Below are positions 19,978 through 30,189 of a stretch of 63,794 bases of DNA, piece by piece (position 1 is the stretch's first letter; every line of letters begins with the position of its first letter). The notes under the pieces are model-generated. The model saw nothing but the letters and a program-made list of their open reading frames with translations, ran no database searches and had not been told where the DNA came from. This DNA is from Cyclobacteriaceae bacterium. Lineage in GTDB: Bacteria; Bacteroidota; Bacteroidia; Cytophagales; Cyclobacteriaceae. The stretch covers positions 1 to 63,794 of the forward strand of contig JANNAZ010000248.1 of the NCBI GenBank assembly GCA_031384895.1, read 5' to 3'. Made by a program: the position numbers and the translations under genes.

Positions 19978-22900
19978 CTACATATCCTTCTTGTCGGTCT
20001 TCCCAACGACAATCTGCGGGAGGCTTTTGACCTTTTCATTGATCGGGGCAACCCGTTCCTGAACGATCTTCTCAAATTGCAGTACAGCTTCCTGTGTCTC
20101 CTGGCCAAGCTCTCCCCTTCGACTCAGTTGAGGAGTTGTGGGCCGGGCTGTGGCGCCGTCGATGGCGTTGAGCAAAGTGGATATCTCCTCTCTCAGGCGG
20201 GGGCGCTGGCGGTATCCCATATTCGGAGGCGGACGCCGCAGTATTTCATCCTGGAATTCCTTTATGCTCTTCAGGGCATCATCAATTTGCCCATTCACAG
20301 TGGGGTCGACGCCGGAATTTTCTCCGGCTGACTTTATGCGCTGCTTCAATTCGCCTAATTGCTTAACTACCTGTTCCGAGTTGTTCATTAACCGGTTTGC
20401 CTGAGACAACTGATCGCGAAGAGCAAGTGTAGCTTCCGTCTTTATTTTGTAATCTGGCTCGGTCATTTTGATTCGTGGATCTCCACGCACTACGATTGAT
20501 GTCTCTGCCGATTGTCCATTTGCTGTAACCTTTGCCGTGTAGGTCCCTGGAGGAACCAAAGGCCGAGCTCCTCCACCAAAACGTCCTCTGCGCGCAACGC
20601 CACCCATATTCAGGCGTTCGGCCTCATCAAAACGCAAGTCCCAAATAATTCTGTTCACGCCTGCTTTGGATACGGAGTCCGTCAGGCTTCTAACCTTGTT
20701 CCCCGCGGCATCCCGGATTTCTACGTTCACTCCCTGCTTAGGAACATTTTGCAGATAGAAATTAATATATGCACCTGCATCCGGGTTCTTCGCTGCGTAA
20801 TTGCGGTCGCCTTGCTCTTCAATCATGCTATAATACTGCCAAAGTGTAGCCGTCTTGGATGGAAATACAGTTAATTCTTTCCCACTTGCGCTTAAATACT
20901 CTTCCATACCCCGGATATCCCCCATGATCCATATTCCTCTTCCGTGTGTGGCAACTACCAGGTCATGCTCACGTTTCTGTACGCGAAGGTCGCGGACGGA
21001 AACTGGAGGAAGGTTGTTATTGATCTTAGTCCATGTTTTCCCTTTGTCCCAAGAGCCAAATACACCATGCTCCATTCCCGCAAAGAGGAGGTTTGCATTA
21101 TATGGATCTTGCCGCACAACATAAACCCAATCCTCGGGAAGTCCGGTGCTGATAGTCGTCCAGGTCTTGCCAAAATCCGTCGTCATATAAGCATGCGCCT
21201 TGTAGTCATCCAGACGATGGTTGTCAACAGCAACAAAGGCAGTCCCGGCCTCGTGCTCGGATGCATGGATCTTCGATACCCATCCGAATGCAGGAAACCC
21301 GGGGATCGTCATCTTAATCCAGGTCTTTCCTCCATCTTGTGTAAGCTGAACATTGCCGTCATCTGTCCCACACCAGATTACGTCCTTCTTCACTGGTGAT
21401 TCGGCGATGGTTAGAATGGTACAATGAAATTCTGCTGCTGTATTATCCTGATAGATTTCTCCACCCGAAGATTTCTGCTTGGACTTGTCGTTCGTTGTCA
21501 AGTCGGGCGAGATTATTTCCCAATTATATCCCTTGTCACGGCTTCTGAAAAGTACGTTGCCCCCGGTATAAACGGTGTTTGGATCATTCGGCGACACCAG
21601 AATGGGTGTGTCCCAATTGAAACGATACTTGTGGAACTCCATGCCATCCCCCACTGAACCAATTTTATTTGGGTACGGGTGAATCGTTCGTGTATTGCCG
21701 GTTTTCGTGTCTACATGAAAAATCACTCCCCCCTGAAGGTTGGCATAAACCTCATTTTCTTGTCCCGGGATAGGTACTGCATAATATCCGTCGCCGCCAG
21801 CCACCTGAATCCAGTCTCTCTTGAGGATACCTATTTGGTGGAGCGAATTGCTCGGCCCCGTCCACGTTCCATTGTCTTGCAGTCCACCGTATAAATAATA
21901 GGGGTCGCGGTCATCCACCCAGAGTTGGTAAAACTGAGAGAGTTCAACATTGTTGATGGCATCAAACGTCTTAAATCCATCATAGGAAACACGGAATCCG
22001 CCGTCATCACCACTTAACACGTGGTTGGAATTTTTTGGATCGATCCACATCGCCTGATTATCGCCGTGCTGGCCTTGTGCGATCGACTGAAAATTCTTGC
22101 CCCCATCAGTCGATTTGCTCATCCCGCCTGAGAGTGTGTACAGATGATCCGGATTGGTTGGATCTACTTTGACATCACTGTAGTAGAATGGGCGGAAATT
22201 CAGATTGCGGTCTTTGTTCACCACTCGCCAGGACTCTCCCCGGTCATCAGAACGAAACAAAGTTCCATCGTCTTTGTACTCAGTAATGAGATAAACAATA
22301 TTCGGTGAACTCTGTGCGATCGAAACACCGATTCGTGCCATGGGCTTGTCTGGCAATCCATTCTTGTGCGAAATTTTTGTCCAGGTTTTCCCTCCGTTGG
22401 TGGATTTGTAAAGTGCTGTTTTCTCACCACTGTCATCAAAACGCCAAGGCTTCCGTCGGAATGTCCACATTCCTGCGTAGAGGATACGTGGATTGTTCCA
22501 TTCAACAGCTATATCAGAGCATCCCGTATTCTCATCGATGTACAAAACCTTCTCCCAAGTTTTCCCTGCATCAACGGTTCTAAAAATTCCACGGTCCGCA
22601 TTAGGCCCCCACTCTCTTCCCATGGCGCACACGCAAACTTCATCCGGGTTTTGCGGATTAACAGCAATGCGTTTGATGCGATCTGTTTTCTCCAGGCCCA
22701 GGTGGGACCAATTTTTTCCACCATCCGTAGAGCGATAAACGCCATTCCCATATCCAACACTATTCCTTGGGTCCCCTTCGCCTGTTCCAACCCAAAGAAC
22801 TTCCGGGTCAGATGGAGCAACTACAATGGTACCAATGGAATATGCTTTTTGGCCGTCAAATATTGGCGTCATGGTCACACCGCCATTTGTTGTCTTAAAA

Positions 22901-23112
22901 ATTCCTCCATCCGCTCCGGCAACATAAAAGGTAGTGGGGTCACCCGCCACACCGGCAATGTCGGTTACACGGCCGCCCATATTTGAAGGCCCAATGGGTC
23001 TCCACTTCATGTTTTGCAGCCCCTGATCAGGTGGCAGAATTTGCGCGTGCGTGGTTAGTGCTACGCCGCAAAGCAAGTATGCGGCGGCTAGCGTTCGTAA
23101 TGTTGTCTTCAT
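19978..23112 (-). CDS. secreted BNR/VPS10 beta-propeller glycosyl-hydrolase-like protein
   Basis: Signal peptide, WRPIGP..GGRV, many S/TxDGGKTW Asp-boxes, and a C-terminal FlgD-Ig-like plus helical tail. Confidence 0.9.
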   Translation of the reverse strand: MKTTLRTLAAAYLLCGVALTTHAQILPPDQGLQNMKWRPIGPSNMGGRVTDIAGVAGDPTTFYVAGADGGIFKTTNGGVTMTPIFDGQKAYSIGTIVVAPSDPEVLWVGTGEGDPRNSVGYGNGVYRSTDGGKNWSHLGLEKTDRIKRIAVNPQNPDEVCVCAMGREWGPNADRGIFRTVDAGKTWEKVLYIDENTGCSDIAVEWNNPRILYAGMWTFRRKPWRFDDSGEKTALYKSTNGGKTWTKISHKNGLPDKPMARIGVSIAQSSPNIVYLITEYKDDGTLFRSDDRGESWRVVNKDRNLNFRPFYYSDVKVDPTNPDHLYTLSGGMSKSTDGGKNFQSIAQGQHGDNQAMWIDPKNSNHVLSGDDGGFRVSYDGFKTFDAINNVELSQFYQLWVDDRDPYYLYGGLQDNGTWTGPSNSLHQIGILKRDWIQVAGGDGYYAVPIPGQENEVYANLQGGVIFHVDTKTGNTRTIHPYPNKIGSVGDGMEFHKYRFNWDTPILVSPNDPNTVYTGGNVLFRSRDKGYNWEIISPDLTTNDKSKQKSSGGEIYQDNTAAEFHCTILTIAESPVKKDVIWCGTDDGNVQLTQDGGKTWIKMTIPGFPAFGWVSKIHASEHEAGTAFVAVDNHRLDDYKAHAYMTTDFGKTWTTISTGLPEDWVYVVRQDPYNANLLFAGMEHGVFGSWDKGKTWTKINNNLPPVSVRDLRVQKREHDLVVATHGRGIWIMGDIRGMEEYLSASGKELTVFPSKTATLWQYYSMIEEQGDRNYAAKNPDAGAYINFYLQNVPKQGVNVEIRDAAGNKVRSLTDSVSKAGVNRIIWDLRFDEAERLNMGGVARRGRFGGGARPLVPPGTYTAKVTANGQSAETSIVVRGDPRIKMTEPDYKIKTEATLALRDQLSQANRLMNNSEQVVKQLGELKQRIKSAGENSGVDPTVNGQIDDALKSIKEFQDEILRRPPPNMGYRQRPRLREEISTLLNAIDGATARPTTPQLSRRGELGQETQEAVLQFEKIVQERVAPINEKVKSLPQIVVGKTDKKDM

Positions 23113-23305
23113 GGGATTATTTCGTTAAGGTTATGTGATTTAGCTAACGATAAGCACAAAACAAAAGGACCTTCCTTTAGGTGCCTTTGGGTTGTGTCAG
23201 TGGTGCAAATTGGCTGTGGAGGATTATTGATCGATCTTTGAACCCACATACTCCGTTGGTTCAAAAACATATTTTCAAATTAATTCAGGACACTTTCCAA
23301 GCGAA

Positions 23306-24652
23306 ATGAATGCACCTGACCTCCGTCTGAAAACCACCACGCGCCAGATTCTGGAGATGGCCATGCCCATTTCTCTGGCCCTGCTTGTTCCACAAATCAA
23401 TTTCATTACAAACAATATTTTTTTGGGTGGCCTGGGTGAGCTTGAGCTGGCTTGCGCAGGCATCACCGGCGTTTACTACCTGATCTTCGCTGTGATAGGT
23501 AACGGCTTGAATAACGGGCTGCAAGCCCTTATTGCTCGCCGGGCTGGGCAAAATCTACCCAAGGAAATTGGACGTCTTTTTTTCCACGGAGTATGGATTG
23601 CGCTGGCAATCGCCTTTTTTGGAATTTTCCTCACCTACACGCTGGCTCCACTAATCCTGCGCGCCGCGATTCATGATAAGCACGTGGCTGAAATGGCGAT
23701 TCAGTTTTTGTTGATCCGTATCTGGGGGCTTCCCTTTCTCTACCTCTACATCATGCGCAACGCCTTGCTGGTAGGCACAAACCAAACCCGTCTTCTTGTC
23801 TGGGGAACATTGGCCGAGGCCTTAATCAACATTGTTTTGGATTACGCACTGATTTACGGACACCTGGGTCTGCCTGCCCTTGGCTTTGACGGTGCCGCTT
23901 ATGCTTCTATCATCGCTGAAGCGGGGGGCTTATTGGTCATCTACTTCGTCATCCATCTGAAAGGCCTTCACCTTCGGTTCGCTTTTTTTGAAAAGCCTTT
24001 GCTCTCCACGGGCATGTTCCGGCTCATCCTGGTGCAATCATCGCCCCTGATCCTTCAGTTCGCGATCAGCATTATTACATGGGAATACTTTTACATTCTC
24101 ATCGAACACCACGGCGCGCGATCACTGGCCATTTCTAATATCATGCGGAATATTTTTGGTATTGCCGGAATGTTCTCTTGGTCGTTTGCCGCCACTACCA
24201 ACACAATGGTAAGTAATCTCATTGGACAGGGGAGAAAAGACGAAGTCGTACCGTTAATTTATCGGATCGCCAAAATCAGCCTGGGTTTCTCTGCCGTGAT
24301 TGTCCTTGTGCTGAATCTTTTCCCCACCGTCATGCTCTCGTTCTATGGGCAAGAAGAGCTGTTCATTTCGGAAGCAATCCCTGTTGTACGAATTGTTTCA
24401 GTTGCGCTCATTATGATGTCCGTCTCGGTGGTGTGGCTTAATGCGGTCACCGGCACCGGAAATACGGTTGTAAATCTCGCCATCGAAATAGTAACAATCA
24501 CACTTTATTGCGTCTACGTGTACATCACCCTTGAGTACCTCGGCCTTTCGATTGCGTGGGGATGGATGAGTGAGTGGGTGTATTGGATGAGTATGTTCAC
24601 AATGGCCTTCTTCTACATCCGCTCAGGGAAATGGAAGGGGAAGGTGATCTAA
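23306..24652 (+). CDS. MATE family efflux transporter
   Basis: About 12 TM segments; NIVLDYALIYGHLGLPALGFDGAAYAS MATE motif. Confidence 0.92.
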   Translation: MNAPDLRLKTTTRQILEMAMPISLALLVPQINFITNNIFLGGLGELELACAGITGVYYLIFAVIGNGLNNGLQALIARRAGQNLPKEIGRLFFHGVWIALAIAFFGIFLTYTLAPLILRAAIHDKHVAEMAIQFLLIRIWGLPFLYLYIMRNALLVGTNQTRLLVWGTLAEALINIVLDYALIYGHLGLPALGFDGAAYASIIAEAGGLLVIYFVIHLKGLHLRFAFFEKPLLSTGMFRLILVQSSPLILQFAISIITWEYFYILIEHHGARSLAISNIMRNIFGIAGMFSWSFAATTNTMVSNLIGQGRKDEVVPLIYRIAKISLGFSAVIVLVLNLFPTVMLSFYGQEELFISEAIPVVRIVSVALIMMSVSVVWLNAVTGTGNTVVNLAIEIVTITLYCVYVYITLEYLGLSIAWGWMSEWVYWMSMFTMAFFYIRSGKWKGKVI

Positions 24653-24658
24653 ACTACC

Positions 24659-25696
24659 CTATCTGTTGAGCACATAATAATCGTAGACGGCTCTTGAAAC
24701 CTCCGCTATGGCCCGTTCACGATCCGGGATTGGTTTTTCAGATGATTTGACAAAAACTGAAATTACCACATGCCCTGCTCCTTCCGGCAGTGTCATGATT
24801 CCAACGTCATTCGTAGTCATACCGATCGTACCTGTTTTGTGCATCACTTCTGTTCCTGGCGGCAACATGCCTTTCAAACGCGTTAATCCCGTTTCACATC
24901 GCCTCATGATGTCAAGGAGCAACCGCTTTGAATCGGCTTTCAAAATTGGCTGCGTATACAGCTTCAGCAAGAGCTCGGACATGGCGTCGGGCGTAGATGA
25001 GTCTTTCAGATCACCATCAAACTTCCTGGAGTTCATTTTAATTTGATCTTCGGTGAGTGTCCTCTCCAGGCTATCGAATCGAGCGGGAGACCACAGTGCC
25101 GTTCGGTCCATCGGTACCCCAAGCCAGTCAGAGATCAAGTAAGCCGTAGGCCGATCAACGTTCAACCCATGAATGCCGATCCGCTTCATGCTGGCGTTGA
25201 CCGCATCGGGCCCACCAGCGAGGCGCAGGCAAATATCCGTGGCGCTGTTGTCGCTGATCAGCAACATCAATTCCATCAGGCTTCGCACGGAAAGCGCTAC
25301 CCCGGGGGTAACAGCATTAGGCCAGTTGAAGCGCTCCGAAAGCATTCCGCTGCCGGGATGTAAGTCCGTCATTTTAACTTCAATGAATTGATCGAGGCTG
25401 TATTTTCCGCTATCCACTCTATTCAGAAGTTGAATCGCGATGGGCACCTTATATGAACTGGCCATCGGAAACCAAACGCTGCCGTTCTGACTCAAGCGAT
25501 TGCCGCTTTCGATATGGATTGCAGTTACACCGAGCAGGCCACCAGACAGAGCAGAGAGTCGGGCGATCTCCTGCTCAATGCGCTGTTTAGGTAAGTCAAC
25601 AGAAACGGCCGTTCCAATTTTGCTCTTTTGCGCCAATACCAAACTGGAGAGGGTAATAAATACGGCTATCATCACCGGGGCGAAACGATTTTTCAT
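24659..25696 (-). CDS. class A beta-lactamase-fold serine hydrolase with atypical omega loop
   Basis: Signal peptide; FPMASSYK (SxxK), SDN and HKTGT motifs. No Glu at the position equivalent to E166. Confidence 0.85.
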   Translation of the reverse strand: MKNRFAPVMIAVFITLSSLVLAQKSKIGTAVSVDLPKQRIEQEIARLSALSGGLLGVTAIHIESGNRLSQNGSVWFPMASSYKVPIAIQLLNRVDSGKYSLDQFIEVKMTDLHPGSGMLSERFNWPNAVTPGVALSVRSLMELMLLISDNSATDICLRLAGGPDAVNASMKRIGIHGLNVDRPTAYLISDWLGVPMDRTALWSPARFDSLERTLTEDQIKMNSRKFDGDLKDSSTPDAMSELLLKLYTQPILKADSKRLLLDIMRRCETGLTRLKGMLPPGTEVMHKTGTIGMTTNDVGIMTLPEGAGHVVISVFVKSSEKPIPDRERAIAEVSRAVYDYYVLNR

Positions 25697-25851
25697 AGTT
25701 GATTTTTTGTTGAAGTCTGCAGTACGCTTATATCAAATGAAAAGATAGCCTGAAAAGCTGCCGAAAAAAACTGGCATCCGCGTGCTAATGTTTGCTAAAT
25801 TTGGTCCTCCCTGATCAGAACGACTAACGGGGTTTTGCCCCATCCCACTGT

Positions 25852-26505
25852 ATGTCCATCAACAACCGATTTACACCTCAAGAACTTGACCGGATCAAGT
25901 CTGCCGTAAAGAAAGCAGAGGACAAAATTTCTGGGGAAATTGTCCCCGTCTTCGTTGAGCGAAGTGGATTCTATACAATCGCCAACTACCGCGGAGTCCT
26001 GCTGTTGGCCGCAGCTACCTTCATTGCCATAATTATTTTCGATCGCTATGTGCCAGCCCTGGCCATCTTGGATCCCATGTTCATGCTTTTTATGGTGGCT
26101 ACTGGGGGTCTGTTCGGGGGCATCCTTACCCACAGCATTCAGCCACTTAAACGAATATTGATTAGCCGTAATCACCTGGACCAAGCCACCAAGAAGCGGG
26201 CCGAAACGGCATTCCTGGATGAGGAGGTCTTTAACACCCGCCATCGTACGGGGATACTGATCTTCATTTCCTTCTTTGAGCATGAGGTAATTGTCCTGGC
26301 CGACCGGGGCATTAGCAAAGTGGTAGACCAAAAGGAATGGGATACACTGGTTCAGCAGCTCATTGAAAAAATACGCATGGGGAAAGTCACTGATGGAATT
26401 GAGGCCGCCATACTACGCTGCGGAGAAATTCTTCTTGAAAAAGGATTTCTGAAAACGGCTGACGACATCAACGAGTTGAGCGACGATTTACGTACGGAAG
26501 GTTAA
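25852..26505 (+). CDS. TPM domain membrane protein
   Basis: AEDKISGEIV, TRHRTGILIFIS..EHEVIVLADRGI and INELSD motifs. TAAATTTG promoter at 25796-25803. Confidence 0.9.
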   Translation: MSINNRFTPQELDRIKSAVKKAEDKISGEIVPVFVERSGFYTIANYRGVLLLAAATFIAIIIFDRYVPALAILDPMFMLFMVATGGLFGGILTHSIQPLKRILISRNHLDQATKKRAETAFLDEEVFNTRHRTGILIFISFFEHEVIVLADRGISKVVDQKEWDTLVQQLIEKIRMGKVTDGIEAAILRCGEILLEKGFLKTADDINELSDDLRTEG

Positions 26506-26531
26506 TCCCATTCACTAGTTTATTAACCATT

Positions 26532-27287
26532 TTGATGCGCCGCCAACTTCTTTACCTCGTTAGTTTCTTTCTTCTGCTTATGCCGTTCTACGCGGTTGGT
26601 CAACGCGAGATTCCCGCTCTTGCAGGACATCGCATACACGATGAAGCAGGAATTCTCTCGCCATCAACTGTATCTTCTCTTGAGGTTTCGCTTCAGCGCT
26701 TTGAAGACTCAACGTCTAATCAAATCGCTGTACTGATTGTTAATTCATTGGAAGGAGAGTCCATAGATCAGTTTGGCATTCGCGCAGCCGAAAAATGGAA
26801 GCTTGGCCGGAATGACAAAGACAATGGAGTAATCCTTCTTGTTGCAGTGGAGGACAGGAAGGTGCGTATCGAAGTTGGTCAAGGCCTTGAGGGGCCACTT
26901 CCTGACGCAATTTGCAGTCGCATTATCCGAAATGAGATGGCTCCCTCCTTTCGTCGTGGAGACTATGATGCCGGAGTTGTCGCTTCCTTGGAAGCCATCC
27001 GAAGGGCCATCAAGGGTGAATATAAGGGCACCGGTCCTCAATCAAGAAACCGAAAGGGCTCTCCCTGGTTTGTCATTTTGATTATCATCATTATCCTGGT
27101 CATGCGGTCCCGCGGTGGAAATAGTGGACGCGGCAGCGGCTGGTCTTCCGGCGCTGGATGGTTCATCGGCGGCGCCCTTGGCAGTGGCTTGGGTGGCGGT
27201 AGTGGTGGTGGCGGTAGTGGTGGTGGCAGCAGCTGGGGTGGTGGTGGCGGCGGCTTCGGGGGTGGAGGGAGCAGCGGAAGCTGGTAA
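26532..27287 (+). CDS. TPM domain protein (YgcG-like) with Gly-rich tail
   Basis: DEAGILS, DNGVILLVA..DRKVRIEVGQGLEG, a TM helix, and a GGGFGGGGSSGSW end. Confidence 0.93.
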   Translation: MMRRQLLYLVSFFLLLMPFYAVGQREIPALAGHRIHDEAGILSPSTVSSLEVSLQRFEDSTSNQIAVLIVNSLEGESIDQFGIRAAEKWKLGRNDKDNGVILLVAVEDRKVRIEVGQGLEGPLPDAICSRIIRNEMAPSFRRGDYDAGVVASLEAIRRAIKGEYKGTGPQSRNRKGSPWFVILIIIIILVMRSRGGNSGRGSGWSSGAGWFIGGALGSGLGGGSGGGGSGGGSSWGGGGGGFGGGGSSGSW

Positions 27288-27554
27288 GGAACGATTGGTA
27301 ACCGGTGTAATGGACCCCATTCGAAAACAATACACGCTAATTCATCATCTGGCTCATCGCTACTCACTTTTACTCACGTTATCACCCATGAGTTTCACCA
27401 CAAGGGCAAATCCTTTCCATAAGCAGGCTGCTTGGCTATACTCCAATTGATACAGACGTAATACGATTTTGATCTTTTCGTTTAGTCCCGCCTGAAGTCC
27501 CCCTAAGTTGATTCGGTAGCATGTTTCCCGTTAGGGAAATGCCTCCCCACCCGC

Positions 27555-27562
27555 TATTTTTG
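27555..27562 (+). promoter_or_regulatory. -7 element TATTTTTG for glyA-tatC-rpiB
   Basis: TAnnTTTG 41 nt upstream of the glyA ATG. Confidence 0.55.
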
Positions 27563-27603
27563 CCAAATCGTCAAAATCCGAATCCTACGAATCCTGGTCC
27601 CGT

Positions 27604-28875
27604 ATGAAAAAAGACAAACTCATTTTCGATCTCATCGAAAAAGAAAAACATCGCCAGCAAAGCGGTATTGAGCTCATTGCTTCAGAAAACTTTGTGTCCG
27701 TTCAAGTGATGAAAGCACAAGGAACTGTGCTCACCAATAAATATGCAGAAGGGCTTCCCGGAAAGCGATACTATGGTGGTTGCGAAGTCGTCGACGAGAT
27801 TGAACAGATTGCAATCGATCGAATAAAGAAACTATTCGGAGCAAGCTGGGCCAACGTGCAGCCCCATTCCGGTGCGCAGGCAAACGCAGCAGTCATGCTG
27901 GCTTGTCTTAAGCCTGGCGATAAAATTCTTGGGTTCGACCTCTCCCATGGCGGACACCTCACACATGGATCTCCCGTGAATTTTTCCGGAAAATTGTACC
28001 AGCCTTCTTTCTATGGTGTAGAGGAGTCAACAGGGCGTATTGATTTTGACAAGGTGATTGAAACGGCCAAGCGGGAGAAACCAAAGATGATTATCTGCGG
28101 CGCCAGCGCATACAGCCGTGATTGGGATTACAAGAAATTACGAGCCGCAGCTGACGCCGTCGGCGCTTTGCTCCTTGCCGACATCTCTCACCCTGCCGGA
28201 CTAATTGCCCGCGGGCTCTTAGCCGATCCGATGCAACAATGTCATATCGTAACCACTACTACGCACAAGACCCTTCGCGGGCCTCGCGGCGGACTTATCA
28301 TGATTGGCAACAATTTCGACAATCCCTGGGGTCTGAAAACGCCAAAGGGCGAATTACGAAAGATATCCTCCATTCTGGATTCCGGCGTTTTCCCCGGAAC
28401 ACAGGGTGGCCCACTGGAACATGTGATTGCAGCCAAAGCAGTGGCGTTTGAAGAGGCGCTCAGCGACGAATACATGGCCTACATCATTCAAGTCGCAAAG
28501 AATGCAAAGGCAATGGCGGATGCGTTTACAAAAAAAGGATACAAAATTATTTCAGGCGGCACGGACAATCACCTGATGCTGATCGATCTGCGCTCAAAGA
28601 ATCTGACGGGAAAAATTGCCGAGGAATCCTTGATCAAGGCTGACATCACGATCAACAAGAACATGGTGCCGTTTGATACGCAATCGCCAATGGTTACGTC
28701 CGGTATGCGTATTGGCACACCCGCAATAACCACGCGCGGAATGAAGGAGAAGGATGTTGTAAAAGTGGTCGAGTTTATTGATCAAGCATTGAAAAAACCG
28801 GCAGACGAGAAGTACTTGAAGACGGTCAAGCGGTCTGTTAATGCATTCATGAAGAAGTTTCCACTTTACGTATAA
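27604..28875 (+). CDS. glyA: serine hydroxymethyltransferase
   Basis: [22 protein letters not shown] and [14 protein letters not shown] motifs. Confidence 0.99.
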   Translation: MKKDKLIFDLIEKEKHRQQSGIELIASENFVSVQVMKAQGTVLTNKYAEGLPGKRYYGGCEVVDEIEQIAIDRIKKLFGASWANVQPHSGAQANAAVMLACLKPGDKILGFDLSHGGHLTHGSPVNFSGKLYQPSFYGVEESTGRIDFDKVIETAKREKPKMIICGASAYSRDWDYKKLRAAADAVGALLLADISHPAGLIARGLLADPMQQCHIVTTTTHKTLRGPRGGLIMIGNNFDNPWGLKTPKGELRKISSILDSGVFPGTQGGPLEHVIAAKAVAFEEALSDEYMAYIIQVAKNAKAMADAFTKKGYKIISGGTDNHLMLIDLRSKNLTGKIAEESLIKADITINKNMVPFDTQSPMVTSGMRIGTPAITTRGMKEKDVVKVVEFIDQALKKPADEKYLKTVKRSVNAFMKKFPLYV

Positions 28876-28918
28876 GTCGTCCACCCAATCCATCTATTGA
28901 GTACGAGGAGTTTCAGCT

Positions 28919-29758
28919 ATGAGTGAAGAAAAAGAAATGGCGTTTTTGGATCACCTGGAAGAACTCCGTTGGCACATCGTGCGGTCAGTTATCGTCATTA
29001 TGATCTTTATGATCATTGCATTCATTTACACGCCCTGGATCTTCCAGAATATAGTTTTTGCTCCGGCCAACGTAAATTTTCCAACTTTCAAGTGGCTCTG
29101 CAAGTTAGGAGAGCTTACTGGATCTGAAGAGTCTTTATGTGCCAAGCCCTTTCCGTTCAAGATTCAAAGCCGCTACATGACCGGGCAGTTTACGATGCAG
29201 TTCCTGGCTTCCTTTGTTATTGGTTTTATTGTTGCTTTTCCCTACGTCTTTTGGGAAATCTGGCGTTTCATTAAGCCTGGGCTTCATTTAAACGAGGCAA
29301 AGAATTCCCGCGGTGCCGTTTTTGCAGTCTCCTTTCTTTTCCTGTTGGGCATTTCATTCGGTTATTATGTGCTCTGCCCCATGATGACGTGGTTTTTTTC
29401 TTCTTATTCAATCAGCGACGTGATCGTCAATGAATTTGACATTACCTCCTATGTTTCCACCTTCATCGCTCTGGTCTTCGGCAGCGGACTACTCTTTCAA
29501 TTACCCGTCGTTGTTTACTTCATGACGAAGATTGGACTGGTGACACCCCTGTTTATGCGTACGTATCGCAAGCACTCCTACATTGTTATTCTTATTATAG
29601 GCGCTATCGTAACTCCTCCGGATCCATTAAGCCAAATGCTTATTTCCACTCCGTTGTTTCTCCTCTATGAAATAAGTATTTTCATCTCCGCATACGTAAT
29701 GCGGCAGAAGCGCAAGGAGGAGGAAAGACTGGCCAAAACAGACGAACAACCTGCATGA
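28919..29758 (+). CDS. tatC: twin-arginine translocase subunit TatC
   Basis: FLDHLEELR, WRFIKPGL, FQLP and TPPDPLSQ motifs. Confidence 0.97.
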   Translation: MSEEKEMAFLDHLEELRWHIVRSVIVIMIFMIIAFIYTPWIFQNIVFAPANVNFPTFKWLCKLGELTGSEESLCAKPFPFKIQSRYMTGQFTMQFLASFVIGFIVAFPYVFWEIWRFIKPGLHLNEAKNSRGAVFAVSFLFLLGISFGYYVLCPMMTWFFSSYSISDVIVNEFDITSYVSTFIALVFGSGLLFQLPVVVYFMTKIGLVTPLFMRTYRKHSYIVILIIGAIVTPPDPLSQMLISTPLFLLYEISIFISAYVMRQKRKEEERLAKTDEQPA

Positions 29759-30189
29759 TTCAGAAAATTGCCATAGGTGCGGATCACGCCGGATTTTCTC
29801 TAAAAGAACACTTGAAGAGTTGGCTGGAGAAAAAAGGTCACCTGACCAAGGACTTTGGAACTTACAATAACGAATCTGCGGATTATCCTGACTTTGCGCA
29901 CCCGGTAGCCACAGCCGTCGAGAAAAAAGAGTTTGATCTTGGCCTGCTGATCTGTGGCAGTGGAAATGGTGTGGCCATGACGGCAAACAAACATCAAGGG
30001 ATCCGTGCTGCTATCTGCTGGACGGAAGAGCTTGCTGGCCTGGCGCGCGAGCACAATGACGCAAACATCCTTTGCATCCCCGCACGCTTTCTTTCGACAG
30101 GTGATGCAGAACGAATCCTTGAACGGTTTTTGCATTCTACCTTTGAAGGAGGGCGGCATGGCCGTCGGGTAGATAAGATTGGGTGCTAA
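29755..30189 (+). CDS. rpiB: ribose-5-phosphate isomerase B
   Basis: GADHAG, DYPDFA, CGSGNG, REHNDAN and FEGGRHGRRV motifs. Confidence 0.97.
   Translation: MIQKIAIGADHAGFSLKEHLKSWLEKKGHLTKDFGTYNNESADYPDFAHPVATAVEKKEFDLGLLICGSGNGVAMTANKHQGIRAAICWTEELAGLAREHNDANILCIPARFLSTGDAERILERFLHSTFEGGRHGRRVDKIGC

Noticed and set aside
27170-27285. GGT/GGC tandem repeats as a VNTR or CRISPR-like array
   Set aside because: They encode the normal Gly/Ser tail of the TPM protein; there is no repeat-spacer structure.
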